Positions 1 through 11,543 of a stretch of 64,000 bases of DNA are shown in pieces. Position numbers and translations under genes: made by a program. The first letter of the stretch is position 1, and every line of letters begins with the position of its first letter. The stretch is from Flectonema sp. DT1601 (taxonomy: Eukaryota). The notes under the pieces were generated by a model. That model was given only the letters and a program-made list of their open reading frames with translations. It was not told the origin of the DNA and ran no database searches. The stretch is taken from contig OZ025799.1 in assembly GCA_964019425.1 (NCBI GenBank), positions 62,001 through 126,000 on the forward strand, read 5' to 3'.

Positions 1-510
1 TTGTTTGAGTACTGAAGATAACCAAATGTACGGCATCTCATTTGAATTATTTAATAAAATATTATGAATACGTTCTGCATGTCCTTGATATGATAATTCA
101 ATTAGGACTTCGAGAGCATAACGAGCTGATCGACTCCAAGAGTGTTCGTTAGAAGATTTATAAGAAAGCAGATAATGAAGGTAAATGATGTTGGGTTCAG
201 TTCCCATGACGTAAGCTCCGATAGCTAATCGACATAAAGATCTCATTGCTCGAAGTAGTTCACTCTGAACAGATCCTTCAGAAGCAGGTAACATATCCAT
301 CAAGACTCTAGCTCCTCCTTCTGATACAAAGAATTCACCAAACTCGTCAGATTCGAATTCCTCTCCCAACTCAAATAGCAATTTATTCAGTCGTCGTGTC
401 TCGTCATCTCTTCTCACAGGACGAAATGATAATTTCTTCAATTCTAAGTTTGCTTGTAAATCATCATTCGCAAGTCGGAGGATTGATACAGCATTACGAG
501 CTGCATCCAT
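1..510 (-). CDS. Armadillo-type GBD/FH3 (FHOD formin / ELMO N-terminal-like) domain protein; runs off the window edge
   Basis: Absent from the ORF track. Manual translation from ATG at 510 is open to base 1 (170 codons): MDAARNAVSILRLANDDLQANLELKKLSF...LNKLLFELGEEFESDEFGEFFVSEGGARVLMDML...SVQSELLRAMRSL...IIYLHYLL...SARYALEVLIEL...YIWLSSVLKQ. The helix pattern parallels the FHOD1 FH3 region. A pyrimidine-rich AG lies just upstream. Confidence 0.6.
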   Translation of the reverse strand, partial: MDAARNAVSILRLANDDLQANLELKKLSFRPVRRDDETRRLNKLLFELGEEFESDEFGEFFVSEGGARVLMDMLPASEGSVQSELLRAMRSLCRLAIGAYVMGTEPNIIYLHYLLSYKSSNEHSWSRSARYALEVLIELSYQGHAERIHNILLNNSNEMPYIWLSSVLKQ

Positions 511-732
511 TAACTATCCACCCTGATTGAAAATAAAAGAATAGTTATGAACTAACAACAACATTCACTACCCCTCTTGTAATGTAATCCTGTATGTTTA
601 AATAAAGTCTCAGTAAGTATTGGTGGTCAAGTCTATAAAAGAATAGTAGGTGTATTTATAAACACTCATATCTGTTTTATAATAATAATTCTGTTTGTGT
701 AATGTGTCAAGTGCCTGAGTAGCGAGGTTTTC

Positions 733-994
733 TTAGAATCCCCTGAGTGATGTTTTGATGTTTTGATTTTCGACTCTGAAATGAATAAAACAAATAAAAA
801 ACAAACCATTCCATATCATCTTTTGACGCGCCTGGAACTTTTGCGGCTGGCTTTGCAACTGCTGCTGCTACAGGAGCTGCGACCTTCTTTGGGAATGGAG
901 CAACTCCCTGAAGCACTTCAGGTTTTGCTCCGAATACACATCCGTTCGACCAGGCTGGGGCTCCTACGAATCCGGCTGGGCAGCTAATCGGCAT
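733..994 (-). CDS. Small Ala/Pro/Lys-rich protein (about 62-65 aa), probably with a 3' intron
   Basis: ATG 994 follows a TATCTTTACAG acceptor. The sequence is coding-like up to GASKDDME, then a GTTTGT donor appears at 806. Splicing to the A/C-rich AG at 743 gives DDMEWGF*; splicing to the AG at 776 or 691 gives DDME*. Confidence 0.5.
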
Positions 995-1938
995 TTTATA
1001 AAGTTTTTGTGTAGTGCTGTAAAGATATTTAAGTTGTTTTATAATTACGTTTCACATCAATCACAATAAATTATATTCATATCCTCAGTCGAATCATCAA
1101 TTTCAATGAAATTGATAAAAACGAGTCGTAAGATTGGACGAAAAGAGTTTTAGTGATGTAGTCAGAGGACTGCAAGGAATACATAGAAGCAAGATTGAAA
1201 ACTATATCTAATTAATAGATGAAACATAACAAGGCGAGCGTGGTAACAGAACAAAACAAATAAGGGCATCGAAATGGTATCCGAATACGGAGCAATCATG
1301 TCACTGGTTTCTTTTGTTTAGTTTAAAAACTTTAATGAAAAAGTCATCGGAAAAAAAAGAAATTCATCAAAACATCAATACGCACACTCAGTTATCATTT
1401 ATTATTCAATAAGAACTGTTGCTACCGAAGGAAGGAATCTTGCAGAACTGCTCTGAATCGGAATTTCTATCGCCAGTGGCGGTCGCGATGTCGACGATCC
1501 CAATTCTGTGGTGAGTTGTTTTTACTAAAAAAAAAAAAACAAGAAAATAATATTAAACGAAGCTGCCCAAACATTCAAATAAAATACCTCTCAACAAAGA
1601 AACTGATCAAAAGCTAGGGCGTCGGGGATAGAAGAAATTAAATTCTCACAGGGGTAACTCACAGGTGAGGATATTAATAAAAGAAAGAAAAAAGTTTCAA
1701 AAAAGCATTAAAAAAAGTTAATATGATGATTCCCGTATCATTCATAAGTTTGTAAAATAAAAAATCTTTTTTAAAAAATCCAGCAGATTTCATCTTTTTA
1801 ATGGATTTGCCGCGTGAGGAATACATTGTTGTTTTGCTTTATTTAAATTTTGAAACAACAAACTCGTCGATCTCTGGGTCCCTGTGTTTGTAATGACATT
1901 TTCAAACAGAGGACGGGAACAATAAAAAAAGAAAAGTT

Positions 1939-3297
1939 TCAAATCAGTTTCCTAAAAAGAAAAAAAATATTAAAAAAAAATAACAAACCTAAAGTAGCAT
2001 TCGAACTACGCAATCGAGTAAACTCAACATTTGATTCACTTAATGGTCGATGAGAGTCCCGACTAGCTAATGGTAATTCATTCTCTTCTTCAGGAGGTTT
2101 GTTATCAGGAAAGTGAACAGAATCGAATCTGCTGCATCCATCAACAAAAGCCCATTCTTCCGTCTGTTCAACATCAACTGGAGAGCTCTCTTCAGGAGCA
2201 GCATTACCATCAACATTACTGAACACTTCATTCGAATGTGAAGTTGACAAAGGAGATTGACGAACAATCGCAGCATCATTCTGCTTCATCAAAGCCTGAG
2301 TAAGCCCTTTACCAAAACCTTTGATTACAGAATAGAGAGCGACTAGCATCGCTAATCTTGTTATGATACAAATAATTACTGTTGAGTTGATAACAACCAT
2401 TGCAGCTTCATAATATATTTCTACTGATGAAGTATTCAGTTCTGTTGACTGTTCGTGATGACGTCTAATGTCGTCTTTTAGTTGAGTTTTCGATCCAACG
2501 TTGAGATTTACTATTGCTGCGATGCTTAGTGAAGGTTGTATCAAACTTACAAGGCCGAAGATGAATAATTTTTGGATGAGTTCTGCTTCTGCCCAAACCA
2601 CTGCCATAATTGATACCGTAGTTGTGAATAATAAGAAAACAATCGAGACTGCTAACCCAACGTTTGATGAGTTAAAATAGAACGAAGCCACGACCACCAT
2701 AAACATTGTCGACTGAACGTCTAATTTCAAAAGAGCAATCCAGATCTGTAACTTCTTATACAACTTAACAATGTGCGGCCTCGCACCAACTTTAAAGAAA
2801 ACATGTCTTCCGAAATCTTCAGAAATTGGAAACGACAACAACACAAAAATCAACTGACACGAAGTCGCCACCACTAATGCCACCAGTTCGATGTAGTGTG
2901 CATTTAGACCTCCTTCAAATCTAATTTCTGATATAAATATATACCACATTCTCGCTGTTAACATTAAACAACCTCCATTAAATACCCAAAGTAACACAAT
3001 ATTCTCATGTACGATTGCATCGCACGCGAAGTATAAAAGGAATAAAGATCCACTGAACCCAATGAGCCACATAAAAGTTGAATACCTGTCGTATGGTGAC
3101 AGCACTAACACGTAAAGAGTACAAAAGAACATCACCGCCAACTCTGTCAATGCAGTTGTGATGAATACTTTGTGCATCCACGGCTTTGATCTGTAATCTA
3201 ATTCTTTAATTCCTTTTTTCATTGATATCGCTGTTCGGATTGTACGATGGCTTACTTCTGATAACGGACCCTTCGAAGTTCCATCATTCAATACCAT
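1939..3297 (-). CDS. Multi-pass membrane protein, UPF0658 Golgi membrane protein-like
   Basis: About 8 hydrophobic segments. Motifs FACDAIVHEN and EDFGRHVFFKVGA...LYKKLQIWIALLKLD resemble the UPF0658 family pattern. First ATG is 3297. The true C-terminus is probably spliced (donor 1988; acceptor 1952 or 1882). Confidence 0.6.
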   Translation of the reverse strand: MVLNDGTSKGPLSEVSHRTIRTAISMKKGIKELDYRSKPWMHKVFITTALTELAVMFFCTLYVLVLSPYDRYSTFMWLIGFSGSLFLLYFACDAIVHENIVLLWVFNGGCLMLTARMWYIFISEIRFEGGLNAHYIELVALVVATSCQLIFVLLSFPISEDFGRHVFFKVGARPHIVKLYKKLQIWIALLKLDVQSTMFMVVVASFYFNSSNVGLAVSIVFLLFTTTVSIMAVVWAEAELIQKLFIFGLVSLIQPSLSIAAIVNLNVGSKTQLKDDIRRHHEQSTELNTSSVEIYYEAAMVVINSTVIICIITRLAMLVALYSVIKGFGKGLTQALMKQNDAAIVRQSPLSTSHSNEVFSNVDGNAAPEESSPVDVEQTEEWAFVDGCSRFDSVHFPDNKPPEEENELPLASRDSHRPLSESNVEFTRLRSSNATLGLLFFFNIFFLFRKLI

Positions 3298-3470
3298 GTT
3301 TACCACTTTCTGTTGAGAAGAAGAATGTTTATTATTTCAGATTGTTGTAACTCATCAAAACCAACTGAGAGACTTCACAAAAGATCGAAAGCGAATGTAA
3401 ATTCGTTCCTCAAGTGAAGCTGTTGAAAATATCTAATTAGATGATAATAATGTTTATTAATTAGACTAAC

Positions 3471-5786
3471 TTAGTTAGCTTTTATTTTTTGTGTAGTTTG
3501 ACTTTTCATCTTCCCCTTCGCAGGTGAAGCAGGCGGACTGCTAATTCCTCGTCGTATCTCCTCAGCGACGGCTACCTTCTCCGATTCTAAATGAGTCGAT
3601 AGAAGATCACGAGAGACTGCATCTCCTCTACTGATGAGTTCTAATGCGATAGAAGACGGAGGTGTGAACTTCATGTCCTCCTCCTGTAGGATTGTTGCTG
3701 GACGACGATCAAATAATTTAATTCGATTCTGCAAACGATTGCAGGCCGCGTTGATATCATTTGTGATTGCTATCTCTTGATTTGATAGAGACTTCTGAAG
3801 AGATTCGTTTTCTTCATATCCGCAGCTGAGTGAATTCTCAGCGAGTTCCAATTGAAGTTCAATTGCTCTCCTGTGAACTTGTAAACCAACTTTCTTAGAC
3901 GCTAAAGCTTTTATTAAATCAGAAACCTTCTCACAGTAATCTGTTATAGTTTTGAGATGTAGTTTTGATATCTCCACCGTGTACTCTCTCAGTTCTGATT
4001 CTACTGATTGCTTACTGTCGATAATAACTTCCATATCACAATAGTAGTCTTCAACAAGGTGAGTCATGTCAATACATTTCTTTAAATGACTTGATAACTC
4101 TTTTCGTTTCTTATCATAAGTTGTTATTAAAGTAATGTGGTGGTTGGCTTCTTTTATTTTGTCGGATATTCTTTCAATCTCTTCAGCTGCCTGTTCACTG
4201 ATATCTCTTCGTTTCTTAACAGTTTCTGTTATCGATTCGGATAAGACGCGGATCTCGTCGAGGATTTGTTGTTGCTCGCGAGTGTTTTTATTTAATAGTT
4301 TTGTGGTTTCTTCGATTTTTAATTTCTTCGTGTCTTCTTGTTGTCGAATAAGTTGTCTGAGTGATGACTCCGCCACTCTGAGAGCGACTTCGTCATCGTC
4401 AATGTTGTTAATCGACTTTTCTTTTTGTTGAATTACGTTCTGAAGTTCATTCTTTCCAATTTTAAACGCATCCTTCATAGTCGTTGCGTTACCAGCTCCA
4501 AATAATCCGGTAGAGAATGCTGTCTCACCTTTTGTTATTCCATCAAGAACTTCCTCATACCTCGAGATGATCTCTTTCAGATGTTGAAGAGAGGCCGCGT
4601 AGTCTTTTATTGAAAGTGCTGAGCTACGAGCTTGCTCACATCTGTCGATTCTTTTCTGTTTCTCAGCAATTTCTTTATAAAAAGGATACAACACTTCACT
4701 TTTAAAGTCTTCTAAGAAATCTGAAAAAGCCAATCGATTCGTCATTCTCATTGACTTCGGAACGCTGGATGCCTCAAAGTCTACATCAGTTGTAGTCATC
4801 GTGTAACTATCCCACATTGGAATTAATGAAGTGAAGATATCATTGCTGTCATGTTCTTTAATTGGATTCTTAAGACGAGTTATTAATTTCTTGAATGGAT
4901 TTAGAGAATGGAATATTAAAGAATGCGAAGTTGGATCGACAAAATGTTTTATTTTTATGTTCTCAGGAAGGAACTTTGACTTCGACTGACCAACCAACTT
5001 AGAACTTCTGACATTAATAAAGAAAGCTGCCATAGAATTACTGCTGTCAGTAAGTGATGACCTGATAACTGTCGAGGATGTGATGACGTCGGATATCAAA
5101 CTTTGTACTCGTTTTCCGTACATATCAAGTGAACGATTAATCGAATCCATTAATTGTTGATTCTTACCAGCTTGTTGTGTTGCGTAGTATTCTAAATCTT
5201 CTTTTGTGGAGTCCTTTCGTACTTCTGGTTGGATTTCATAATCGTCTTCGTCATCAGAAACTTGTTTTTTAATTATCTTATTCATGCCTGTCTGAGTCGC
5301 AGTGTTTTTTGATTCTTTTTTAAGTTCCTCACCTTCAGACAGATATCTCATTTCAGACGAGACTTGCTCTGCGTGCTGGAGTTTGTCTGAAAGTGCAGTT
5401 CGTAATGTGGCAGTCTTTTCTACTCTCCAAGATTGTTTGATCTGGTCGGGGATGTGGATTTTCATTTCATCAACTTCCGACGGCATTAGCATTCGTCGTT
5501 TTTCAAGTGACTCAGTCATGAATAATTCACTTACTAATTTAACTCGATCTTTTCTTCTTAGGATTCCAATAACTTGCTGACGAAGCATTTTATTTGTTGA
5601 ACAAATTGATACGACGTCACTGGGAGCTACAACTAATTGTACTTCCTTGTCATTTGATGCTACCCATCTTCCACCAAATCGAGGTACTATTTGAGAGTAA
5701 TAAAAATGACTGTGATGGAGTCTTCCTATTCCTCCGATGTCTAATCCGCTGAAACACAAATCCTCCGGGAAGGATGTCCGAGTCAT
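3471..5786 (-). CDS. Paraflagellar rod (PFR)-domain coiled-coil protein, divergent
   Basis: 771 aa from ATG 5786. Long coiled coil. The C-terminal KKVGLQVHRRAIELQLELAENSL...LQEEDMKFTPP aligns by eye with PFR1/2 KKEKRLEEIDRNIRTTHIQLEF...LDAAGIEFNHP. Confidence 0.6.
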   Translation of the reverse strand: MTRTSFPEDLCFSGLDIGGIGRLHHSHFYYSQIVPRFGGRWVASNDKEVQLVVAPSDVVSICSTNKMLRQQVIGILRRKDRVKLVSELFMTESLEKRRMLMPSEVDEMKIHIPDQIKQSWRVEKTATLRTALSDKLQHAEQVSSEMRYLSEGEELKKESKNTATQTGMNKIIKKQVSDDEDDYEIQPEVRKDSTKEDLEYYATQQAGKNQQLMDSINRSLDMYGKRVQSLISDVITSSTVIRSSLTDSSNSMAAFFINVRSSKLVGQSKSKFLPENIKIKHFVDPTSHSLIFHSLNPFKKLITRLKNPIKEHDSNDIFTSLIPMWDSYTMTTTDVDFEASSVPKSMRMTNRLAFSDFLEDFKSEVLYPFYKEIAEKQKRIDRCEQARSSALSIKDYAASLQHLKEIISRYEEVLDGITKGETAFSTGLFGAGNATTMKDAFKIGKNELQNVIQQKEKSINNIDDDEVALRVAESSLRQLIRQQEDTKKLKIEETTKLLNKNTREQQQILDEIRVLSESITETVKKRRDISEQAAEEIERISDKIKEANHHITLITTYDKKRKELSSHLKKCIDMTHLVEDYYCDMEVIIDSKQSVESELREYTVEISKLHLKTITDYCEKVSDLIKALASKKVGLQVHRRAIELQLELAENSLSCGYEENESLQKSLSNQEIAITNDINAACNRLQNRIKLFDRRPATILQEEDMKFTPPSSIALELISRGDAVSRDLLSTHLESEKVAVAEEIRRGISSPPASPAKGKMKSQTTQKIKAN

Positions 5787-6972
5787 TCTAAGTAAGCTGT
5801 TTGTTATAAAATAGAGCTGCTGGTAGCACACATAAGGATAAATTAATTCGTGTTCAGAATCATTATTTTATCTGATGTTCAGAGAAAGAGATTAATAAGT
5901 CTGATGTATTATATTTGGGTTATATCGAAATGAACAAAAAAAATCGGATGAAAATTTGGAGGGTGACAAGAAAAAAAAATAATGTTTTTTTTTTTTTGTT
6001 CTTTGTTTGTGCCAACGGCAACATAATTAGGAACTCAAAAAAGTGTAAACCCTTTTTTTATTATTTTATTATACAACCACACTCACTTTAGAAGTCTTAA
6101 TTAATGTTATGAAGAACAACAACAACGACAACAATCAGCTGTCTATTTCAACTGGAAAGCTTTCCTTTTCCGTTGACCATTCCTACAGAAGTAGCGAGTC
6201 TACATATACTTTGAGAGTACTCCACCCGAGCCGATGGGTTTGTGCTCACAAGACTTTTCAACGTGGCGACAAACCGCAAGTAGACTCCGTAAGACGTTAA
6301 ATTTCGAGAGGTGGTGAGAGGAACTATAGGACCTTAAAAAAGAAAGAACGGAAAGAAGAAAAAAAAGAAAAAAAAAAAGGAAAATAAAATACAAAGTATT
6401 ACACATCACGTTGCAATCGAAAATATAAAAACGCGATTCGCTCCCTCTGGGGGTTCAGTGCTTGAAAACGAATTCTTTGCAACCGCGAGTCTGGTTTTCG
6501 CGTGTCTGTATTCGTTAATAAAAAATAAACAAAACTTATTTCTCGCAAATTGTGTTGATGAGTTCAGCTACGAGTTGGCCAATTAGACAGAAAAAGAAGT
6601 AAGAAATCTCTAGCAGCAATTTACTGCAAATAATATCTTCTCACTTCAACAACTGTACCGACATCTCGAAGCAGATTAAACCAACAAACGACAGAATAAA
6701 TAAAAAATTAAAAAAAACTAAAGACTTATTAAATTAACTAATTACGGGTTCATAAGTATTAAAGACTCTGATGCAATTATTATTATTATTTTTTTTTGTC
6801 CGATCAAAATAAATCAAACAATTCCTCGTACGCATTCTTTAATTTAAATCACAATCAGCAGACACTCCCAGTAAAGGAAGCTATTGATATGAAAAGTATT
6901 CCAGTTACTGCTTCTTCTCGTCAAATACGTATCGAAAAAAAAAAAAAAAAAAATTGATTAAAAAAAACTATT

Positions 6973-8871
6973 TTAAAGATTACGACCAAGTGACCAAACA
7001 ACTTTTAAAATAGGAGCAATCAATGACAGCGTTGGTGTTGGACTGGTACGATTAGTTCTCATTGCGTGAAGTGTTTCCATAACCGACATAATCAATACAA
7101 GGGGTTGAGATTCATCTTTTTGAGATCCACAAGAGTAAAGAATTGCTGCATTCATTGCTGTGAAAAGAGCAGCAACAGGATTACCATTTTGAACATGAAC
7201 ACACGACTCGAATAGTAGTCGACTGGGTTCGATATTTTGAAGGAAAAGAATTTCCATTCCGCGAAAATCGTCACCTCCCCAAACTTTGTATTTACTTCTT
7301 CGAGAAGAAGACTTTCTTGTAAACATCAAACCACCACCAGCACTGCTGTCAATTGAAACACCATTTTGATCAACTTCTATCTCACAGCTATCGAATTCTG
7401 GAAACGAGGTAGACAGCGGTGATGCTAATCCAATCACCAGACTTTGTGGAACATCTTCATCAGAAGTCTCATAATCACCCTGAACACTACTTGATAAGTA
7501 ACTCGATGATGATGATGGAGAATATGTTACGACTCCAGTATTTGAAGGAATAAATTTTATTTCTCCAAATCCAGGTGGTGCCTCGGAAGAGACGCGGCGG
7601 TCATCCTCCTGAACAGGTTCAGAAGTAACATCAGAAACAAAATCCGAAGATAGCTGCGAGTCTGAACGGAGTCTACTACTGAAGGAAGATTCCTCTGAGA
7701 CACTCTCCTTCTCATCATTTGATCTTATTAAGTTCATTTCATGATCAGGAGAAGGACTTGCAGAGGGTGCCTCAGCTCTGATAACCAACGGGGAGTAATC
7801 TCGTGAAGCAGAAGTAGCTGCGCAAGAAAGCTCGTCATCAGCATCCTCATCGGCGGGAGTGTCTCCCAGAGATACTTCAACAGGTGAGAAGAGTACACCT
7901 CCTGGTGGTACTCCGGTACCAATCACAACTGAATCCTCTCCGGGTGCTGTCGTGGCTGTCCAGGAATTGCCATCATCAAGAACATCAGCTGGCGATGACA
8001 AGAAAAGATGCGGTGGTGCACCACTTCCAATAACTGCTGTGTCTTCTCTGGTGGCTGTAGTTGCTGCCCAAGTAACATCATCCTCTTCATCAACTAAGGG
8101 ACTTTTAAATGATATTTCATCCATCTGATCAGGTGGTGTTCTGATAGTGACGTCTAATTCTTCCCGCGTAGCAGATGTTGCCGTCGAAGAGTTCTCATCG
8201 TTTGCTTCGAAGACATCAGCGGAATGCGCAACTGCTTTCGAATCTTCCTGCGATATCAAAACCGACATCATTGTTGTCTCATCCACAATCGAGTTTTCCT
8301 GTTTCTCATCAGCGTCTCGGCTATCTGTTTGAACTATGGAAGAGGGCGACACAACGCATTCCGTTGCTGCTTCCCGCACCCTCCGAAGATCAGAATTCGG
8401 TTCACTAATTTCAACAAGTGGTTGCGATTGTTGCTCAACGAAGTGTTTAACAGTCGATGAGGTCCTACTACTGGGAGACGTAGAAGGAGAAGGAGATGGA
8501 GAAGTAGATGGAGAAGGTCCCTCAGAAATGATATCAAGTTGTTGATTGAGACCTCGTTCATCCGAACTACTGAAAGCACTTCTTTCAGGAGACGGTTCAG
8601 TAAGACCCATTGAAGAAGTAGCAGTAGTAGGTCCCGTTACTGGAGTAGACAGTTCGTATGAGTTTCGCTTGTTTCTCTCCCATTTCTTGACAACATCATT
8701 GGCTCCTTCTCTCACAACTGGCTCATCCTTCTTTAGCATTACTCTTTTTGGTAACCTCCGATAACCCAACAACGGATTTGGTGACAAAATATGAGGCTGC
8801 TTGCGCTCCTCAGCCAACAGATCGGATTCTCTGCGACTTCTCCCGCCATACCGACTGCCGGAAATTGACAT
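6973..8871 (-). CDS. Hypothetical Ser/Asp/Glu-rich disordered protein with internal repeats and a helical C-terminal domain
   Basis: 632-aa ORF. ATG lies 5 nt after TTTCTTATTTCAG. Four imperfect (W/C)xATxAxxEDxxVIxxxxPP repeats. Confidence 0.75.
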   Translation of the reverse strand: MSISGSRYGGRSRRESDLLAEERKQPHILSPNPLLGYRRLPKRVMLKKDEPVVREGANDVVKKWERNKRNSYELSTPVTGPTTATSSMGLTEPSPERSAFSSSDERGLNQQLDIISEGPSPSTSPSPSPSTSPSSRTSSTVKHFVEQQSQPLVEISEPNSDLRRVREAATECVVSPSSIVQTDSRDADEKQENSIVDETTMMSVLISQEDSKAVAHSADVFEANDENSSTATSATREELDVTIRTPPDQMDEISFKSPLVDEEDDVTWAATTATREDTAVIGSGAPPHLFLSSPADVLDDGNSWTATTAPGEDSVVIGTGVPPGGVLFSPVEVSLGDTPADEDADDELSCAATSASRDYSPLVIRAEAPSASPSPDHEMNLIRSNDEKESVSEESSFSSRLRSDSQLSSDFVSDVTSEPVQEDDRRVSSEAPPGFGEIKFIPSNTGVVTYSPSSSSSYLSSSVQGDYETSDEDVPQSLVIGLASPLSTSFPEFDSCEIEVDQNGVSIDSSAGGGLMFTRKSSSRRSKYKVWGGDDFRGMEILFLQNIEPSRLLFESCVHVQNGNPVAALFTAMNAAILYSCGSQKDESQPLVLIMSVMETLHAMRTNRTSPTPTLSLIAPILKVVWSLGRNL

Positions 8872-9886
8872 CGCACCTGAAATAAGAAATAAATGTCAGA
8901 AGTTTATAACAAACACTCCTCACATTAATTGATAACATTTTCCGAATCGAATATAACAACATCGTCTCTCTGTGTTGTGCTGCAATAGACTATGATTATT
9001 AATAGTAATTACAATTAATACCAAACACTGTAAAGCAACTGGGAGAGCAAGGCACCACCTTACAACCTTTCAACAAGTACTCTAATCTACTTCTTGACGT
9101 GATCGTATTCATGTGGCGAATAGCAAGCAATGGTTTTGCACGGAAAATGAAACAAAGGGAAAAGAACGGAATGAGAGAGATCAGTGAGCTGATATGAAGA
9201 CTTCTGCTACGACAACAAGAAAACAAATCAAATCACTACAAAAAAGAACTTTAATTATCTACACCGCGCTCAACATTAACTTACTAACGTTTTACGAAGC
9301 AGGTCAGACAACAATTAAAATGACTCCTCTGATTTCATTTCAAGGCTTCCTGTGATGTTTCCTTTCCCGCAAAGCTGATTAACAAAAAGTCAACTAGGAG
9401 TCTTGAACACAACAAGAAACACAAGATACCAATATCGAAATTGCAAAAAAAAAGGGCCGATTGGGAAATAGGAAAGATGATCTCCAGTTTATTCACAAAA
9501 GACAGAATAGATCGGTTCATTTGAATAAAATGGAGTTCGGAGAGGAAGTGAGGACTGCGAGAAATGTTTTATTGACAACACAGAGTGAAACCCTGCTACC
9601 AGTCACTTCATGTCTAACGATCTGTCGATCGTTAATGAGAATGTTCAGTCCGCCGATAGCATCAAAATAATTGCTGCAGGTCACTTGCTACAAAAGTTAG
9701 AAGCAGCGACAAGCGCCAGGTGATGTCATCGGCAGCGTAAATTGGTTCTTAATTCAAAAGGATTTCATATAATTTCAAAAAATAAAAACAATTAAATAAT
9801 ATCCGTGAAGGTGCTGCACCTTTCTACATCCTTCCTCAGCTAGTCATCGGTCCACATTGAACCAGCTGACCTGGTGGAGTCATCTC

Positions 9887-10651
9887 TTACTGAGGGGATT
9901 GAAAAGCTGCTTCTTCAAGGGCACAGTTTTCACATCTTCCCGTCCCACAAGGAGGAGTACAAGGTCCCTGAAACATCCTCGGGCACCAGTCATCAACACA
10001 CACTCCATTGATAACTCTACATTGCTTGCGTTCTGATGACTCGCAATTGACGAGAGAATACTTTGAACAGTCAACACCATCGCTGCGCATCGATGCGAAC
10101 ATCAACTTCACATCAGAAGCGATCTCCACCCTCTCGACGTGGTCCCTTGAAACTTGTTTTCTAAACGTCATAAACTTGTGAGATTCCTCACCCTCATTAC
10201 TGATGAATTTCGGACCACAAGCAGTAGGAGTCCAACCATTGGTAGTCAGGTAGTTCCTGAAGTCAACATTCAAGCCAGCCTCACATCCATTACACGTGTA
10301 GATGTTGATGTAAATATCGCACCTCTTTACAGAAGGGTGATCAGCACAATAGAATCTCATATATGAACCTGATAGAATGTGCCATTTCGGAACGAAAGCA
10401 GTGTTCAGTAACTGAGACTCAGGGATGTCGAAGAACCTGGAACCTGCAGTCTCCGAATTAATCCACCCCGGCATGTTGTTGGCGACGTGGCCACCTCCGA
10501 TTACTACCAATTTGTATTCTCCTTCAGTGGTGTTGGGATTGCCAAATATACCCCACGACTCATCCCTTGGTAACATTTCTTCCTCTAGAGAATCCGCGCG
10601 GGCTGCTGCGACGAGATACACGGCGATGGCTGCGATAACCTTCATCGTCAT
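9887..10651 (-). CDS. Secreted cysteine-rich protein, array copy 1 (254 aa)
   Basis: Signal peptide MKVIAAIAVYLVAAARA. Many Cys, NTT sequon, C-terminal Cys cluster CVDDWCP...C..PCG.G.C.NC. Frame conserved in all four copies. Confidence 0.85.
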   Translation of the reverse strand: MTMKVIAAIAVYLVAAARADSLEEEMLPRDESWGIFGNPNTTEGEYKLVVIGGGHVANNMPGWINSETAGSRFFDIPESQLLNTAFVPKWHILSGSYMRFYCADHPSVKRCDIYINIYTCNGCEAGLNVDFRNYLTTNGWTPTACGPKFISNEGEESHKFMTFRKQVSRDHVERVEIASDVKLMFASMRSDGVDCSKYSLVNCESSERKQCRVINGVCVDDWCPRMFQGPCTPPCGTGRCENCALEEAAFQSPQ

Positions 10652-11543
10652 TATTTAATAAAAAGGTTTATACAAAACTGTTGAAGATGAAATACTACAA
10701 ATACTTGAATATAATTGGCAGTCAACATTTCCTCTCAATAAGGAAACGAACAGGTGAGGGAGAAAGAGGGGGGAAAACATAAATGATGTTGCAACCAAGA
10801 AGTCAACCAGAAGCACCCAAATAGTGAGAATTATCACTGATGGAGATACTACTAATTAACCAACTCGAGTGCAGAGGTACAACAATGCATCATTGCTATT
10901 CAAGAAGCTACTTGAAGACAAAACGATACATTTCACTGCCTTTACTTGAGAAGACAAAGAGCAGGTCAGACAACAATTAAAATGACTCCTCTGATTTCAT
11001 TTCAAGGCTTCCTGTGATGTTTCCTTTCCCGCAAAGCTGATTAACAAAAAGTCAACTAGGAGTCTTGAACACAACAAGAAACACAAGATACCAATATCGA
11101 AATTGCAAAAAAAAAGGGCCGATTGGGAAATAGGAAAGGTGATCTCCAATTTATTCACAAAAGACAGAATAGATCGGTTCATTTGAATAAAATGGAGTTC
11201 GGAGAGGAAGTGAGGCCTGCGAGAAATGTTTTATTGACAACACAGAGTGAAACCCTGCTACCACTCACTTAATGTCTACGACAGATCGTTGATGAGAATG
11301 TTCAGTCCGCCGATAGCATCAAAATAATTGCTGCAGGTCACTTGCTACAAAAGTTAGAAGCAGCGACAAGCGCCAGGTGATGTCATCGGCAGCGTAAATT
11401 GGTTCTTAATTCAAAAGGATTTCATATAATTTCAAAAAATAAAAACAATTAAATAATATCCGTGAAGGTGTTGCAGCTTTCTACATCCTTCCTCAGCTAG
11501 TCATCGGTCCACATTGAACCAGCTGACCTGGTGGAGTCATCTC

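Noticed and set aside
9836..9886. SECIS or C/D snoRNA-like hairpin right after the stop codon of array copies 1-3 (ATGAC-TCCAC...GTGGA-CCGAT)
   Set aside because: No in-frame TGA in the proteins, no apical AA loop, boxes too degenerate and too close, and the element is absent from copy 4.
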